DNA of 64,000 nt from Octopus vulgaris (GCA_951406725.2 OX597837.1:34286001-34350000); one strand, 5' to 3'; shown: positions 14,990 to 30,876, numbered from the stretch's first letter. Numbers and translations are program-made. The notes: generated by a model not told the origin, from the letters alone.

Positions 14990-15133
14990 GGCGCATGGGT
15001 GGCTGTGTGATAAGTAGATTGCTTACCAACCACATGGTTCTGGGTTCAGTCCCACTGCCTAGCACCTTGGGCAAGTGTTTTCTATCATAGCCTTGTCAGT
15101 GGATTTGGTAGACGGAAACTGAAAGAAGCCTGT

Positions 15134-15206
<73 letters not shown>

Positions 15207-15410
15207 GTATGTTTGTGTGCCTGTGTTTGTCTCCTACCCCAACGCTTGACAACCGATGTTGGTGTATTTACGTCACCGTAACTTGGCGATTCGGCAAAAG
15301 TGACCGATTGAATAAGTACTAGGCTTACAAAGAATATGTCCTGGGGTTGATTTGTTTGCCTAAAGGCGGTTCTCCAGCATGGCCGTAGTCAAATGACTGA
15401 AACAAATAAA

Positions 15411-15412
<2 letters not shown>
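14990..15412 (+). mobile_element. SINE family A
   Basis: Same head, body and tail as the other copies. Confidence 0.9.
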
Positions 15413-15468
<56 letters not shown>

Positions 15469-15650
15469 TAAGTAATTAAGGGTTTAGCAACGATTTGCCT
15501 CACCACACACTGAATTTAGAAATAGCAGTCAAAGAGTTTTGGCTATTCTTTCTACTTAAAAGGGAGATCCCAGTAAAACCACAGCACTTAAAAGGCAAAC
15601 AACGCAGGCAAAAGAGAAAGAAATGACGATAATCATTCTACATTAAGTCA

Positions 15651-15732
15651 CCTACGGACGTACGTACGTCATAGGAAAGCATAAGAATTAAATAATTATG
15701 CCTTACCCAACTATTTTCCTCTTCAGCGTAGG
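15651..15732 (-). ncRNA. Decayed type I hammerhead motif
   Basis: Minus: cctacg-CTGAAGA-ggaaa...tttcc-TATGA(GAAA lost)-CGTACGTAC-GTC-cgtagg. Perfect 6-bp stem I and palindromic stem III. Confidence 0.55.
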
Positions 15733-15833
15733 ACTCTTCAATTATAAATAATTGCGTCTCAATCATTAATAATTGTGTATTAAATTTGAAGGCACTAGAA
15801 GACATCACCTCAACTCATGGTATCAGAGCGAGC

Positions 15834-15910
<77 letters not shown>

Positions 15911-15917
15911 TCTATCC

Positions 15918-16011
<94 letters not shown>

Positions 16012-16080
16012 AGAATGTATTAAAAATAGAAAACGGAAAAATTAGAGCATGATACAAATCTGCACAATATCAAACTCAAT

Positions 16081-16164
16081 TTCACCTACAATTGTTTCCA
16101 TGCCCAATTAATTAAATTAAATTTCCTTATCAAATATCGTTAATTGGGTCTGTCGTCAGGAGAA
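16081..16164 (-). ncRNA. Type I hammerhead ribozyme motif, intact core
   Basis: Minus: ttctc-CTGACGA-ca..cccaattaa...ttaattggg..tg-GAAA-CAATT-GTA-ggtgaa. Palindromic stem III ACAATTGT; weak stem I. Confidence 0.65.
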
Positions 16165-16303
16165 GAATTTGATAGAAAGGGAACTACGTTCCGATGTGTT
16201 GTTTCACCCTTGATAGACTCAGATATGTGCGTTTGAGCAAGCAATCTATTAAAAAAAGCCATTCTGCTGTCATCCCTTTAAGGGGATTTATATCTCTAAT
16301 TTA

Positions 16304-16963
<660 letters not shown>

Positions 16964-17291
16964 ATATATAGCCAGGCACGGCAATCAAAATTTGCGGCTA
17001 ATGTTGACATGTTGTCTTCACTCAGATTACCCGACATTGGAATTCCTTGTGGACGATTCTTACCAAAATATCTGCCATTCACTCACCCTTGACTTTCACC
17101 TTCAGATGTTCCTGCTGAGATATATCTGTCTGTCTGTCTGTCTGTCTTTTCCTTGAGAATCTACTTAAATATTTCATGCTTTCGTTCCCTCTCCCGTCTC
17201 TCTCTCCCCTTCTCTCTCTCTCTCTCTTATCTCTCTATCTATCTGTCTGTCTGTCTGTTTGTCTGTTTATCTATCTGTCTGTTTGTATATT

Positions 17292-17322
<31 letters not shown>

Positions 17323-17471
17323 TTATCTATCGATCTATTTATCTATCTATCTATCTGTCTGTCTGTCTGTCTATTTATCTGTCTATCTATCTGTCTGTCT
17401 GTATATCTGTCTGTCTGTATATTTGTCTGTCTGTCTGTCTATCTATCTATCTACCTACCTACCTACCTTAC

Positions 17472-17549
<78 letters not shown>

Positions 17550-17554
17550 GTCTG

Positions 17555-17637
<83 letters not shown>

Positions 17638-17671
17638 GCCTGTCTATCTATCTTTCTATTTATCTATAGAT

Positions 17672-17717
17672 GGTCTTTGATGAGAATCGAATATGATTCG
17701 AAAATCGATTATTAAAG
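17672..17717 (+). ncRNA. Hammerhead-like motif (U3-G8 core)
   Basis: TTGATGA(17677-17683)-gaatc gaatat gattc-GAAA(17700-17703)-ATCGAT-TA. Perfect stem II and palindromic stem III; stem I is not evident. Confidence 0.45.
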
Positions 17718-18297
17718 TTGTTCACCGTTTTTTCAGTCATCGGAGTAACAACAAGGTTAGCCCTGTTTATAAAGGAACGATAATCACTTTTTGATGTTAT
17801 TTCTATAAATTTTACCGCACTGATAACACAGCAGGAGCACAATATTAACTTATAAGCCTTTGGTAAAACACTGCATCCCCACCAGCAATTAATGTGTATC
17901 TCCTAGTTTTTAGGAATGTGTTATGTGAAAGTGGTATAATCCTATTCTGTTACATCGCTGTATTTGGTAGCTGTTTAAACATCGTATTTGCGGATGATTA
18001 ATGAGTGAGGTGTGGTGCTGAAGAAGGAGCAAGAACTAAAATAAGCCAAATACACCCATTACCTATTTTTCCCCTCATCCATCGCATTGTTTATATGGGA
18101 CGTATTCGTATAGGTAGCGTCGTAACTTTCAATACTGGCTCTAATTTCTATAGAAAATCTGCAGAAGTGATTTTTAAAAATTATTATTTAATTGCACTGT
18201 TAAGACGGGTGAGACACAGCATTGACTTATAAACCTTTAATAGACTTGGTAGTATATTATGGTTGCAAAACGAACTGTTATTTCTTGCTAGCAATTA

Positions 18298-18337
<40 letters not shown>

Positions 18338-18339
<2 letters not shown>

Positions 18340-18800
18340 AAAGTTTACGAAAGAAAAAAACAAAAGACCAAGACAGGTGGTGTAGAAAACAAACAGATGT
18401 ATTAGTATAACGCTCAGGAATAGAAAAAGTCTTTTGCGTTTCGAGCCTACGCTCTTCTACAGAAAGGGACACAGAAAAAAAACAAGGGGAGAAAAAAATG
18501 TGTGTAGTGGCTAACGATCTATCATGGCGTCTGACTCGGACAAAAAAAAATGAACCGCCCCCCCCCAAAAAAAAACACTCACACACACTGACGCGTGCGA
18601 GCACAAACACACACACATATATACATACTTCAAATTTACAGAAAACGAAAAAAACGAAGACAGGTGAAGGAGCAACAAGCAGGTATATTAGTCTGATGCT
18701 CGAGAAGAATGGAAAAGTCCTTGACGTTTCCAGCTTACGCTCTTCGTCAGAAAGGATTGAAAGGGGAACAAAAGGAGAGAGAACACAATTGAGACTGATT
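18338..18800 (-). mobile_element. Two diverged co-oriented copies of a short hammerhead-bearing Penelope-type repeat
   Basis: AAGACAGGTG...TATTAGT...GCTC...AAAGTC..CGTTTC..GCTCTTC..CAGAAAGG occurs twice about 290 bp apart; the same family occurs at 33280-33485, 52700-52910 and 63198-63395. Confidence 0.75.
18718..18756 (-). ncRNA. Minimal type I hammerhead ribozyme, intact core
   Basis: Minus: tccttt-CTGACGA-agagc gtaa gctg-GAAA-C-GTC-aagga. Confidence 0.65.
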
Positions 18801-18913
18801 TAAATTGAAATGGTTCGGTTAACAAAGCATGTCTATAAGGATGTTATCTCGGGACGAACACTACACTATCTTGCCTATCGACGGTGCACATATATTAAGA
18901 ATGATATAAATAT

Positions 18914-18952
<39 letters not shown>

Positions 18953-19515
18953 CACCGGCTTCCGCACAATTTCCACTTGCCAAATTCCGCTCTCAAGGCT
19001 TTGATAAGGCCAAGGTTATGTATGGCACACGATGTGTAGCACCTAAAGTACCGCGATGTAGGATCGAAACCCGAACCACGGGGTTGCGAAGCGATCCTTT
19101 TTTCTAATGATACAAACCCTGGGGGACAGTTAAAAGATCTGCACCCGTACCCTATACAATAGGGGTCTTGTGCCAAAGAATCAATAAACACAGTTATCTC
19201 CTTATTTCATCCTTCCATCCCTTCTCACTTCATCTCCTCTCCCTCCATTCACCCTCTCTCTACCCCGTCTTTATCTTTCTTTAATCGTTTTCTTTTCTCC
19301 TTCTTACCTCCAAGCTATTACTCTTACTCTCTCTCTCTCTCTCTTCCTTTCTCCTACTTCTCCTCTCCTCCTACTTATGTCCACCCATCTACCTTATCCT
19401 CTTTATTTGGTGCATTCTCACTTCCTCTCCTCCAAACTGTCCTTCCTCTCCTCCCACTTATCTTTAATTCTCTCATTCTCTATCTATGTATATCTATGTA
19501 TCCCTTTCTCTTCCC

Positions 19516-19591
<76 letters not shown>

Positions 19592-19666
19592 TATATATCC
19601 ATCTATCAGTCTGTCTGCCTGTCTATATAGCTATCTACACCTCTCTCTCTCTCACTTTCCCTTCTT

Positions 19667-19729
<63 letters not shown>

Positions 19730-19828
19730 CTTTATGTATATATGTACAATATATCCATCTATCTGCCTGTCTGCCTGTCTATATATCTATACCTCTCTCT
19801 CGCTCTCTTTTTTCTTTCACTTTCCCTC

Positions 19829-19864
<36 letters not shown>

Positions 19865-21083
19865 TTCATTTCGCCATATCTTACCGATGTTCCGTCTTGA
19901 TTTCTAACTTAACAAACTTGGGTTTCCATCTCAGCGGGGGACTATTTTCCTAAGTAACCGTCGAGTGTTGACCTTTGGACGTAATTTAACCGTTAACCGG
20001 TGCCACCTAGATTATTGAAATTGATATAGCAACATCAACATCAACAGCAGCAATATTAAGGTAAATATCGATAAGGCCGTATGGATTTGGTGTCATTTTC
20101 TAGTGATAGATGTACTGGCCAGGCTGGAGTTTATGGTTTCTATATACACGCGCGCGCTCACACTCATACATAGATACATTACATGGCAAAATGCGAGCAG
20201 GAGAAATAATATTCTTAAGATTAGAAACCTGGAAAATTACAGGACAAATTATTACACAGAGAAGAGTTCAGGACAACTCATTACATATGGTAAAGTACAG
20301 AACAAGAAAATTTTTACTTAAAATATTGCAGCTAAAAGATAAAATTTGAATATCAATAATTATTTGATTTTAATTTACAAAGTAACATTATAATTAAAAA
20401 AAGGTACCACCATTTTGATATATCTCACCGGCGTCATTGAGGTAAGGTAAAAAATATCAACGACACCGCTAATTAACACATTTGACACATTATTAATTAG
20501 CATAATAGTATAGCCTGGAAAAAAACACGAATTACATGGAGAAATGCATGGGAACAAAACTACGAAGTTCTTCAATGCTTTCTTCTATCATTGAAGCTAA
20601 GATGAATATATTTTGCTCTTAAAATAAAAAAGTTATTTAGATCTAAACTTGATTGGAAACGTTACTTACTCTCCTATAACGTTGCTACAAATTTTAACGT
20701 AAACTTTTTTTCTACTGGATCAAATCTCAATGTTTTATTCCAAAATATAGCTAGGGACCAGTCTGCTTCAAAAATGCTAACAGTTTTCAATTTGGTTAAG
20801 AACTGAATTAATGACAAGATCTGAAACATGCTACGTGTGAGTAAATTGCGGCCTTAAGAGTATTATTCAACTACTATCGTAGTTGAATGATGTATACATA
20901 TGTACATGTGTGTATGCATGTATACATCATTCAGTTTTGGTCCGACGAACAGGAACGTGAATCTCTGAATATATATAGTTTTTGTGATGTCGTTGCAGCT
21001 TTAATAATAAATCATGTTACTCTTCCTCTGGTATTCGAGTACTCTTTTTTCCACCATGTTTCACATTGATGTGCTTACTCTGG

Positions 21084-21154
<71 letters not shown>

Positions 21155-21157
<3 letters not shown>

Positions 21158-21430
21158 AAGAATATGAGGGGTTTGGTTCACTTGTGATCTAAACGAATAG
21201 GTACGCTGGGTAAGCGCTAGAGTTGGTCGACCATTAGGTTCCAACATCATAAGGTTGGAATCTAGGGATCTGTGTTAGGGTTCCGTTATAGCGTGTATAT
21301 ATTATATTAGAGGAAAACTCAAAACCAAGGCAGAACGAGTATCTTAAACCATTTAGAACAATTTAATTAGGGTAATTATTCTAAATGACTTGAGATACTC
21401 GTTCTGCCTTGGTTTTGGTCTTTCCTCTAA
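21155..21430. mobile_element. Dispersed repeat (inverted homolog of 1620-1832) ending in a local palindrome
   Basis: AAAACCAAGGCAGAACGAGTATC...GATACTCGTTCTGCCTTGGTTTT hairpin; CTCGTTCTGCCTTGGTTTTG also occurs at about 1647. Confidence 0.7.
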
Positions 21431-21516
21431 TATAATATAATATAATATAATATAATATATATAGTGCTCCAGCATGGCCGCAGTCAGATGACTGAAACGT
21501 ATAATGGAGTAAAAGA

Positions 21517-21608
<92 letters not shown>

Positions 21609-21800
21609 CTTACTAACCTAATGGTTTGGGGTTCAGTCCCTCTGCGTGGCACCTTAGGCAAATGTCTTCTACTATAGCCTCGGGCCGACCAAAGCCGTGT
21701 GATTAGATTTGGTTGACGGAAACTGAAAGAAGCTCGTCGTGTATGTATATATATATGTGTGTGTGTGTGTGTGGAGAAAGAGAGAGAGGGAGAGAGAGAA

Positions 21801-21834
<34 letters not shown>

Positions 21835-22052
21835 TGTGATACATATATGTATGAGATAAGAATATATTAAAAAATATACATGATAAATTGATGTTTACTT
21901 GAAATAATTTCTACATCCAGAGAGGGTAGAACAATTGCTTGGTGGCACTTAGCCCCAACTCCAAATGAGAAGGACAGATAATTTTAAGAATCAAAAATTT
22001 TCCAAAATTGACATGGCATTAATGAAAAGACAGTTTGGAGACTAGAGCACGG

Positions 22053-22093
22053 CTGTCGACGTGTTTCTGCCATAACAGGCGTCATCAGAACAG
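22053..22093 (-). ncRNA. Minimal type I hammerhead ribozyme, intact core
   Basis: Minus: ctgtt-CTGATGA-c gcc tgttat ggc a-GAAA-CAC-GTC-gacag. 5-bp stem I and GUC triplet. Confidence 0.75.
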
Positions 22094-22754
22094 TTGTTTT
22101 ACTTTTTCCTCAGTAAATGAAGCACTCAAACTATACAAAAAGAAGTAGAACATGTTTATAGCCTAAGTAATAATTTACATATGACCCAAGGGAAATAACT
22201 CGAAGAGGTCAATGGCAATGCGTTTGAGCAAAAGAAAAACTTATAAAGGGTGTATTAGCCATATTAATAACAGGGCTTGCTAGAAAGAGCTACCAAATTC
22301 TATTCAAATCTTGCTCATACTATCTTGAATGTCAAAGTGATGGTCACAACCGGAGCGCTGTTGATGATAGATTTCTCCTTTGTGGCTTCACTTGTTTGCT
22401 GCAGAGAACATCCAAGAACTACAACGACGACGCCAACATTCCTGCTATCAAAAGTTTTCACACCAGGGGGCGAAAGCCGCTTCATAAATGCGCTCAAATC
22501 ACGGTTATCTGATCTCAACTGACTTTATCTCCCCTTTCACACAAACGCGCGCGCGCACACGCTCACACATACGAACACACACATACATACATACATACAT
22601 ACATACATACATACATACATACATACATACATACACACACACTACTTAACACTATAAGTGCTTTTTCTCTTGTTTGGTTATACCAGCGAATATGTTTCTC
22701 TCCGAGAGAGAAACAGAGAGTGATTTGCTGGTTGGCAGACAGACAGGCAAACAG

Positions 22755-23868
<1,114 letters not shown>

Positions 23869-24391
23869 AAGAGAGTGAGAGAGAGAGGCAAACAAACAGA
23901 GAGAGAGAGAGAAGTGGTGAAAGAAGAGAAAGAAGAGGAGGGAGTCCAGTGTGTCATCGTCACATCAAGATGGAGGTTAAACGTTGCTGTTTAAATTAGC
24001 GATGTTTTGTAAAAAGTCCAACGGTTTCAGCTTTCAACGATTTCTGACTTTCTCAACCAACGTTTAAATATGTCCCCACTTCATGACCGTTGAACTCCTC
24101 CCCTTCTTCTCATTCCTCTTACTACTGCTGTCGTTATTTGGCCAGCAGACGACAGGGACCGCATCGTAAATGTGGTCCGACTTGTTAAAAATAATAGCGA
24201 AATTTCCCTTAAATCTAAACTGCCATCTAAACTAGTATTTCTCAATCAATTTTTATTTTTTTAACTATGAACTCCTTTTACTCCTGTTTTACTCTGGTGG
24301 ACCCCTATAGGCATTTGATACTTAAAAAAACTCCTATTATATTTTTATAATTAAAAATTATTAGGAGTTGTGTGAAAAAATTTTAATATTT

Positions 24392-24450
<59 letters not shown>

Positions 24451-24713
24451 TATAACTGATTTGTTGCTCTCTCTCTCTCTCTTTACTCTTTTATTTGTTT
24501 CAATCTTTTGACTGCGGCCAAGCTGGAGCACCGCCTTTAGTCGAGCAAATCAACCCCAGGATATAAAAAACAAAAATAATAAAACGTTGAACACAATGAA
24601 AAGAAAACATAAAAACAAAACCATAGAAACGACCTTTTTTTCAAACAACGAAAAAAACCCAGAGAAACGAGACATACAACATAAAGAATATTCCCCTTCT
24701 TCAGTTGACCCTG

Positions 24714-24982
<269 letters not shown>

Positions 24983-25147
24983 GGAATTACAGCTAAGTAG
25001 TGATATCTCAACAAACCTTATAAACTCACACACACAGACAACCGCATACATAGACATACATATACTGTACACATGATATTTATGTACATATGTACACACA
25101 TGCACTTATATATGTAAATATGTATATACATACTTTTGCAGCTGTAC

Positions 25148-25178
<31 letters not shown>

Positions 25179-25559
25179 CTTAAATATGTACACATGCTAA
25201 TAATACATACTCTTGCATATATACATATGCACTTACACACGTATACATACACTTACGCAGTTGGATCCGTCTGAGGAATTTTGATGCTCTATATATTTCG
25301 AGTGTCTTTACATATTCCCGTCACCCCTCTTTTGCTTTCTTCACTCTACCACCTCCGCTGCATGTGTTGAGAATTAGAAGAACTCCCGAGGTCAATGCTA
25401 TTGCTTGTGTGGTGGTGGTCCCTGAAGTAATCAAAGGGGAGAAAGAGTGTTTTAGGTGGAAGAGAGGGTTTGGAAGTTCCGTTCCGTTCCGTTCCCTATA
25501 GATGCCTCTTTATTTTTGGCGCTAACACCGATCATAATAACATAGACACAGCAATAATC

Positions 25560-25898
25560 GCCACCACCACCACCACCACCACCACCACCACCACCACCAC
25601 CACCACCACCACCACCACCACCACCACCACCACCACTACCACCACCGCCACCATCACCACCACCACCACCACCACCACCACCACCACCACCATCACCACC
25701 ACCACCACCACCACCACCACCAACACCAACACCAACACCACCACCACCACCATCACCACCACTACCACCGCCACCATCACCACAACCACCACCACCACCA
25801 CCACCACCACCACTACCACCACCACCACCAACACCACCACCACCACCACCACCACCACCACCACCACCACCACCACCACCACCATCACCACCACCACC

Positions 25899-25930
<32 letters not shown>

Positions 25931-25965
25931 CAACAACAGCAGCAGCAACAACAACAACAACACTA
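25560..25965. repeat. (ACC)n/(AAC)n trinucleotide tract
   Basis: Directly visible. Confidence 0.97.
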
Positions 25966-27290
25966 CCACAGTCACTAATATCATCGTCAACGCTCCCCCA
26001 CCACTACGACCGCTGCCACCATCACCACCTCCTCTACCATCGCCACATTAGCAACTTGAGAAAGGACCACGTTTGGATCACCTCCACAATGGTTGTACAT
26101 GTATGTCTATATGTGTGTGTGTATATGTATATAGATGTCATTGCACATGCGTTTACTTACTCGTGAAGATGTGTATAAATAATTTTTCAGTATTTTTGGG
26201 GGGCCGGAACTGATTAATTATAGTTTAGTTAATTTCAATGGGGAAATGTCTCCAGACATTTCAAAAATGCAAAGTCGATCTATTTATGTTTTCGTAGACA
26301 TAATGGCTACTGTGTTCAACATAAAACAAAATGGTTCCTTTACGAACAAATTCAATGAGACACGTCACATCATGTAAGACACAAAATAAACATGAAATAT
26401 CTAAGTCATTTATAAATATATTCTACCTGCACTTATAACAGGAAGTTTCTGGGAAACGTGAAAAACCTGTATTCCTTTATCATTACGAGAGTATAAAAAA
26501 GAAGCCCCACCCCCCTAAACATGTATCGGTTATGTAAATACGGCGCAAAAGGATTCCTATACAAAAAAAAACAAAATATATCCCCCCACCTCCGCTACTG
26601 CTGACCTAAAGGAGCAGAAGTGTAGCATAGCGTCGGTTTCTACTCTTTTTATGCAGACAAACATTAAGGGTGTTGCTTCTCCCTGTCTCCTAAATTTATA
26701 AATGGCTGGATGAAGGAATGTTTTTATTATTATGACTGAAAGTCGGAGGCCTGGGATACAACTACAGCTCTTTGTCGCATACTGCGGCCTCGCACCGTAA
26801 TAGTATATTCCGCCATGTTTCTCTGCTCCCGGTGTCTGGAAAAAAAATGTCAGAGGAAAAAAAAATTTGTAGAACAAAGTCACTATTTTAATTAGGAAAA
26901 TAAATCAGTGGGAAAAAAATTACAATTTATTTAAATACTAAACAGTTAAGGTAATAAAACGAAAAATATTTTGAAACAGTTATTAATTAACAGTACATAA
27001 TTTGTACACAAAATCGGATTCATTGCGGCCCGCTGGAGAAATGAGCCCCGCGAGGCGTGGTGACTGCTGTGGTGTGTGTCGCTGGCCATTCTACGCGGCA
27101 ACGCCTTTGCAATCATCTTTGTGAGATGTGGCTGAATACACCATTCGGTCTGGGGTGCACGACCCGTTTCTGAACCCGCCATTTTTGCAGCTTACACATT
27201 TCCCCTCTTTTTCTTTGCTTTCTTGTAAGTAAATTGTGGTTCAATCTTTATATGAATAAAACTTGAGTTGTTAAAAAAAAAGAGAAAAGG

Positions 27291-27616
27291 AAGTTTGCTT
27301 CCCAACCACATGGTTTGGGGTTCAGTCCCACTGCGTGGCAACTTGGACAAGTGTCTTTTACTACAGCCTTGGGCCGAGCAAAGCCTTGAGAGTGGATTTG
27401 GTAGATGGAAACTGAAGGAAGCCCATCGTATTTATGTATATATATATATTTATATATATATATATATATATATTACTATCGCTGACAACCGATGCTGATG
27501 TGCTTACGTCGCCGTAGCCTAACGGTTCGGCAAAAGAGACTGATAGCATGATAGTCGATCTCTTCGACTACAGACAGTGCTCCAGTATATATGAAACAAG
27601 TAAAAAAATAAAAGAA
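27291..27616 (+). mobile_element. SINE family A, 5'-truncated and internally deleted
   Basis: B box and body motifs shared with the other copies. Confidence 0.82.
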
Positions 27617-27663
<47 letters not shown>

Positions 27664-27720
27664 CTGTGTGTGTGTGTGTGTGTGTATTTACATAAACATA
27701 CATATACACATACACACATT

Positions 27721-27774
<54 letters not shown>

Positions 27775-27799
27775 GTGTGTGTGTGTGTGTATAAATATA

Positions 27800-27852
<53 letters not shown>

Positions 27853-28993
27853 CATACGAGTGTGTATGATTGTGTATAGAAGAATATATTACTCAAAGAA
27901 ATTCCAACTTTGATATTTACATTTTGTTTGCAATCTTATAATAATATAATACAATGAAACGATGGAATATTAAATGTCCATTCTGATTGAACTAGTACTT
28001 TCATTCATTAAACTATACAATCTTCAGGTTCATGTGTGTGTGTGTGTGTGTGTATACTGGTCCCCCTTCCCTAAAATTTCGAGATTTGTGCCTGGAGTAG
28101 AAAAGATTATATGTATATTCAGTATTATTAATTTTGATGACTAAGACGAATATTCTAACCGACGCCATTATCAGACTCTGTCACCATTTTGTCGTTCTCC
28201 CGTTAAGCAACACTCGAGTTACATAAGACAACGCTTGGAGTAATGTCGACCAACTCAGCGAATTTTGTTTTCTTGTGACTTTAGATCCTAGATTCCTGCT
28301 TCTAGTCTGGGTTCGCCTTTGTTGCTCGTGAGCTTGTTTCGCGCCCATCAAGAAGCATAGAATGTGGACACAGAAGTTCTAGCACCCTGGTTAACATGGC
28401 CAAAGAACTTATTTGTCACTGTGTCAAGCTATTAACAACAGCGTCGCTAATATTCTTGTGTGCGTGTGTGAATGTGTGCATGAGTGAGTGTTTATGTGAA
28501 TGTGCGTGCGTGTAAAAATGTGTCCGTTGTATGGGTTTGTATGAGTGTGTGCGTGTGCGTGCACGCCCATGCGTGTGTTAGGAAAATTAGAAAAATACAA
28601 ACAACCATATTCAATATAAGAAATAAATTAAATTAAATATAATTGCACGTCTCTTCCATTCCTCGTGGTATAACTGTTCCTATTACGCAACAAATCAGAC
28701 GTACACGTCACTAGATATTAGCCAATCAGAAAACAGTATCTCGTCTTTAGAATCAATAGTCACAGCGGAATGACGAGCGCAGCTGAACACAAAGCAACAT
28801 TCGTGCTGAACAAGTGTTTTCTGACACGATTCTGTCAGTGAACTCATTTATATGTGCTGGCAGATTCACAAAGGCTGTAAACCTCCCATTTAACACCTAA
28901 ACAATGAAGATGGTCACACGCGTGGTTGAAATCTTTGTTAATCCGTTATTTCATCTTAACATAGAAAACACATTATGGCAAGCTCTTTGTTTA

Positions 28994-29124
28994 TCTTCTT
29001 CTTCTTCTTCTTCTTCTTCTTCTTCTTCTTCTTCTTCTTCTTCTTCTTCTTCTTCTTCTTCTTCTTCTTCTTCTTCTTCTTCTTCTTCTTCTTCTTCTTC
29101 TTCTTCTTCTTCTTCTTCTTCTTC
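28994..29124. repeat. (TTC)n microsatellite
   Basis: Directly visible. Confidence 0.98.
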
Positions 29125-29273
29125 TCATCAAACAAATTAGTAGAGATGCAGAGAATATGGACGGCTCATCATTAAATTGTTTAACCAAATTTGCTATAGA
29201 ATCTGTGTGTCAGTATATATATATATAAATGTGTGTGTGTATGTGGGTGTACGTGTGTATATGTATATGTGTA

Positions 29274-29312
<39 letters not shown>

Positions 29313-29313
29313 A

Positions 29314-29363
<50 letters not shown>

Positions 29364-29456
29364 GAGTAGTGGTAAAACAAGGCACCAATGTTTACTGGAA
29401 ATAGCAGTCGTTAAATTTAAGACGCTATGTATGTGTGTATATATGTATGTATGTAT

Positions 29457-29492
<36 letters not shown>

Positions 29493-29693
29493 GTATACAT
29501 ATATGTATGTATGTATGTATATATATATATGTGTGTGTGTGTGTGTTTATATATATATTTCGTTTTTGTATCTGGTTTGCAAGATTCTTTAGGTGAATTC
29601 GTGTATTGAAGCAACTTTTGTTATGTTAGGGGAGGGTCATATTGTCTTAATGCCTTATTATCTAACACACCGGTTCGATTTCGACTCAATTTA

Positions 29694-29850
29694 TTATTTA
29701 TATTTTTTCTTCCAAATTTTTTCGTCGCTTTTGCAACCTTGTCAATGGATGTTGACTCCGTCCATTATTGAAGCTCAATCACGGACAGAGTCGACATCCA
29801 TTGACAAGGCTGCAAAAGCAACAAAAAATTTTGGAAGAAAAAATATAAAT
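29694..29850. mobile_element. Palindromic element with a hammerhead-like motif (U3-A8 core) in each arm
   Basis: The arms are reverse complements. Minus left arm: tcca-TTGACAA-ggttgc aaaa gcgac-GAAAAAATT-tgga. The right arm is the same with GAAA changed to AAAA. Confidence 0.65.
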
Positions 29851-29872
29851 TAGAAGAGCACTCTAATATACA

Positions 29873-30080
29873 TATTACGGAGATGTACTCGCATAGCAAG
29901 TGATTTGATCTGAGATTGTGTGCTGAAACGAAAACAATTGCAGCGTGGAAGGTGTTTGTAAGCCATTTAAGAAACACACAAAAGCCGTTCGATTCACTTC
30001 AACATTTAAGTTTAATTTGTCAAAATATTTTCGTCGCTTTAAGACCGCGACATATTCACTGACAAAAATCCGTGCTGCAT
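29873..30080 (-). mobile_element. Copy of the hammerhead-like family seen at 56240-56532
   Basis: Reverse complement of 56327-56532 at high identity; the core here reads GTGAATA. Confidence 0.8.
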
Positions 30081-30081
30081 T

Positions 30082-30138
<57 letters not shown>

Positions 30139-30142
<4 letters not shown>

Positions 30143-30474
30143 GGTATGTAGAAAAATACAACATGGACAAGAACGTATAACTCTTAGAAGACGACACAAT
30201 AAACACGGACAGGACATTCGAAACCCTCAGTCTTCAGTCAAGAACCGGATCATCGTAGTAATTTCGGCTGATTAATCTTGAGATTACTAGATCACGGCCA
30301 GCCCTCCAAGAAAAACTAAGCAACGAGCATTAGAAAAACTAAGCTGGAGCGTAGATTTCCTGGAAGAAGGATCGAATGCATACGAACACCAGGACAGCAA
30401 AAGGGACAGATATAAAAAAACAAAAAACAATAATGGAATACAGAAACATGAAATACAGAAGCATTAACGGTGAA
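30139..30474 (+). mobile_element. Young about 335-bp dispersed repeat embedded in (TA)n
   Basis: Near-identical reverse complement at 44293-44629; partial copy at 43660-43786. Strand is arbitrary. Confidence 0.88.
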
Positions 30475-30684
30475 TATATATATATGTATATATATATGTA
30501 TATATATACACATATATATAGTCTAAATGCACACGCATACATTCATACATATACATACACATGTACACTCATACTTACATGCAGATATACACACATACGT
30601 TATATGTATCTGAACAGCATGTCCGTGTATATCTATATATATTTGCAAGATATGTGCATATACACCCCCCACACACACAAACAC

Positions 30685-30740
<56 letters not shown>

Positions 30741-30876
30741 ATATATATAAAAAATGCAAAATGGGACAAGAACGCAAAACATCCGGACAGTTAGGTACAA
30801 AAATATGACTTACATACACATATGTATATATATGTATATATATATATGTGTATATATATGTATATGTACATATGTA

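Noticed and set aside
18014-18056. ggtg-CTGAAGA...AAAA...ATA-cacc hammerhead-like layout
   Set aside because: GAAA, stem II and stem III are all degenerate, which is too weak to call.
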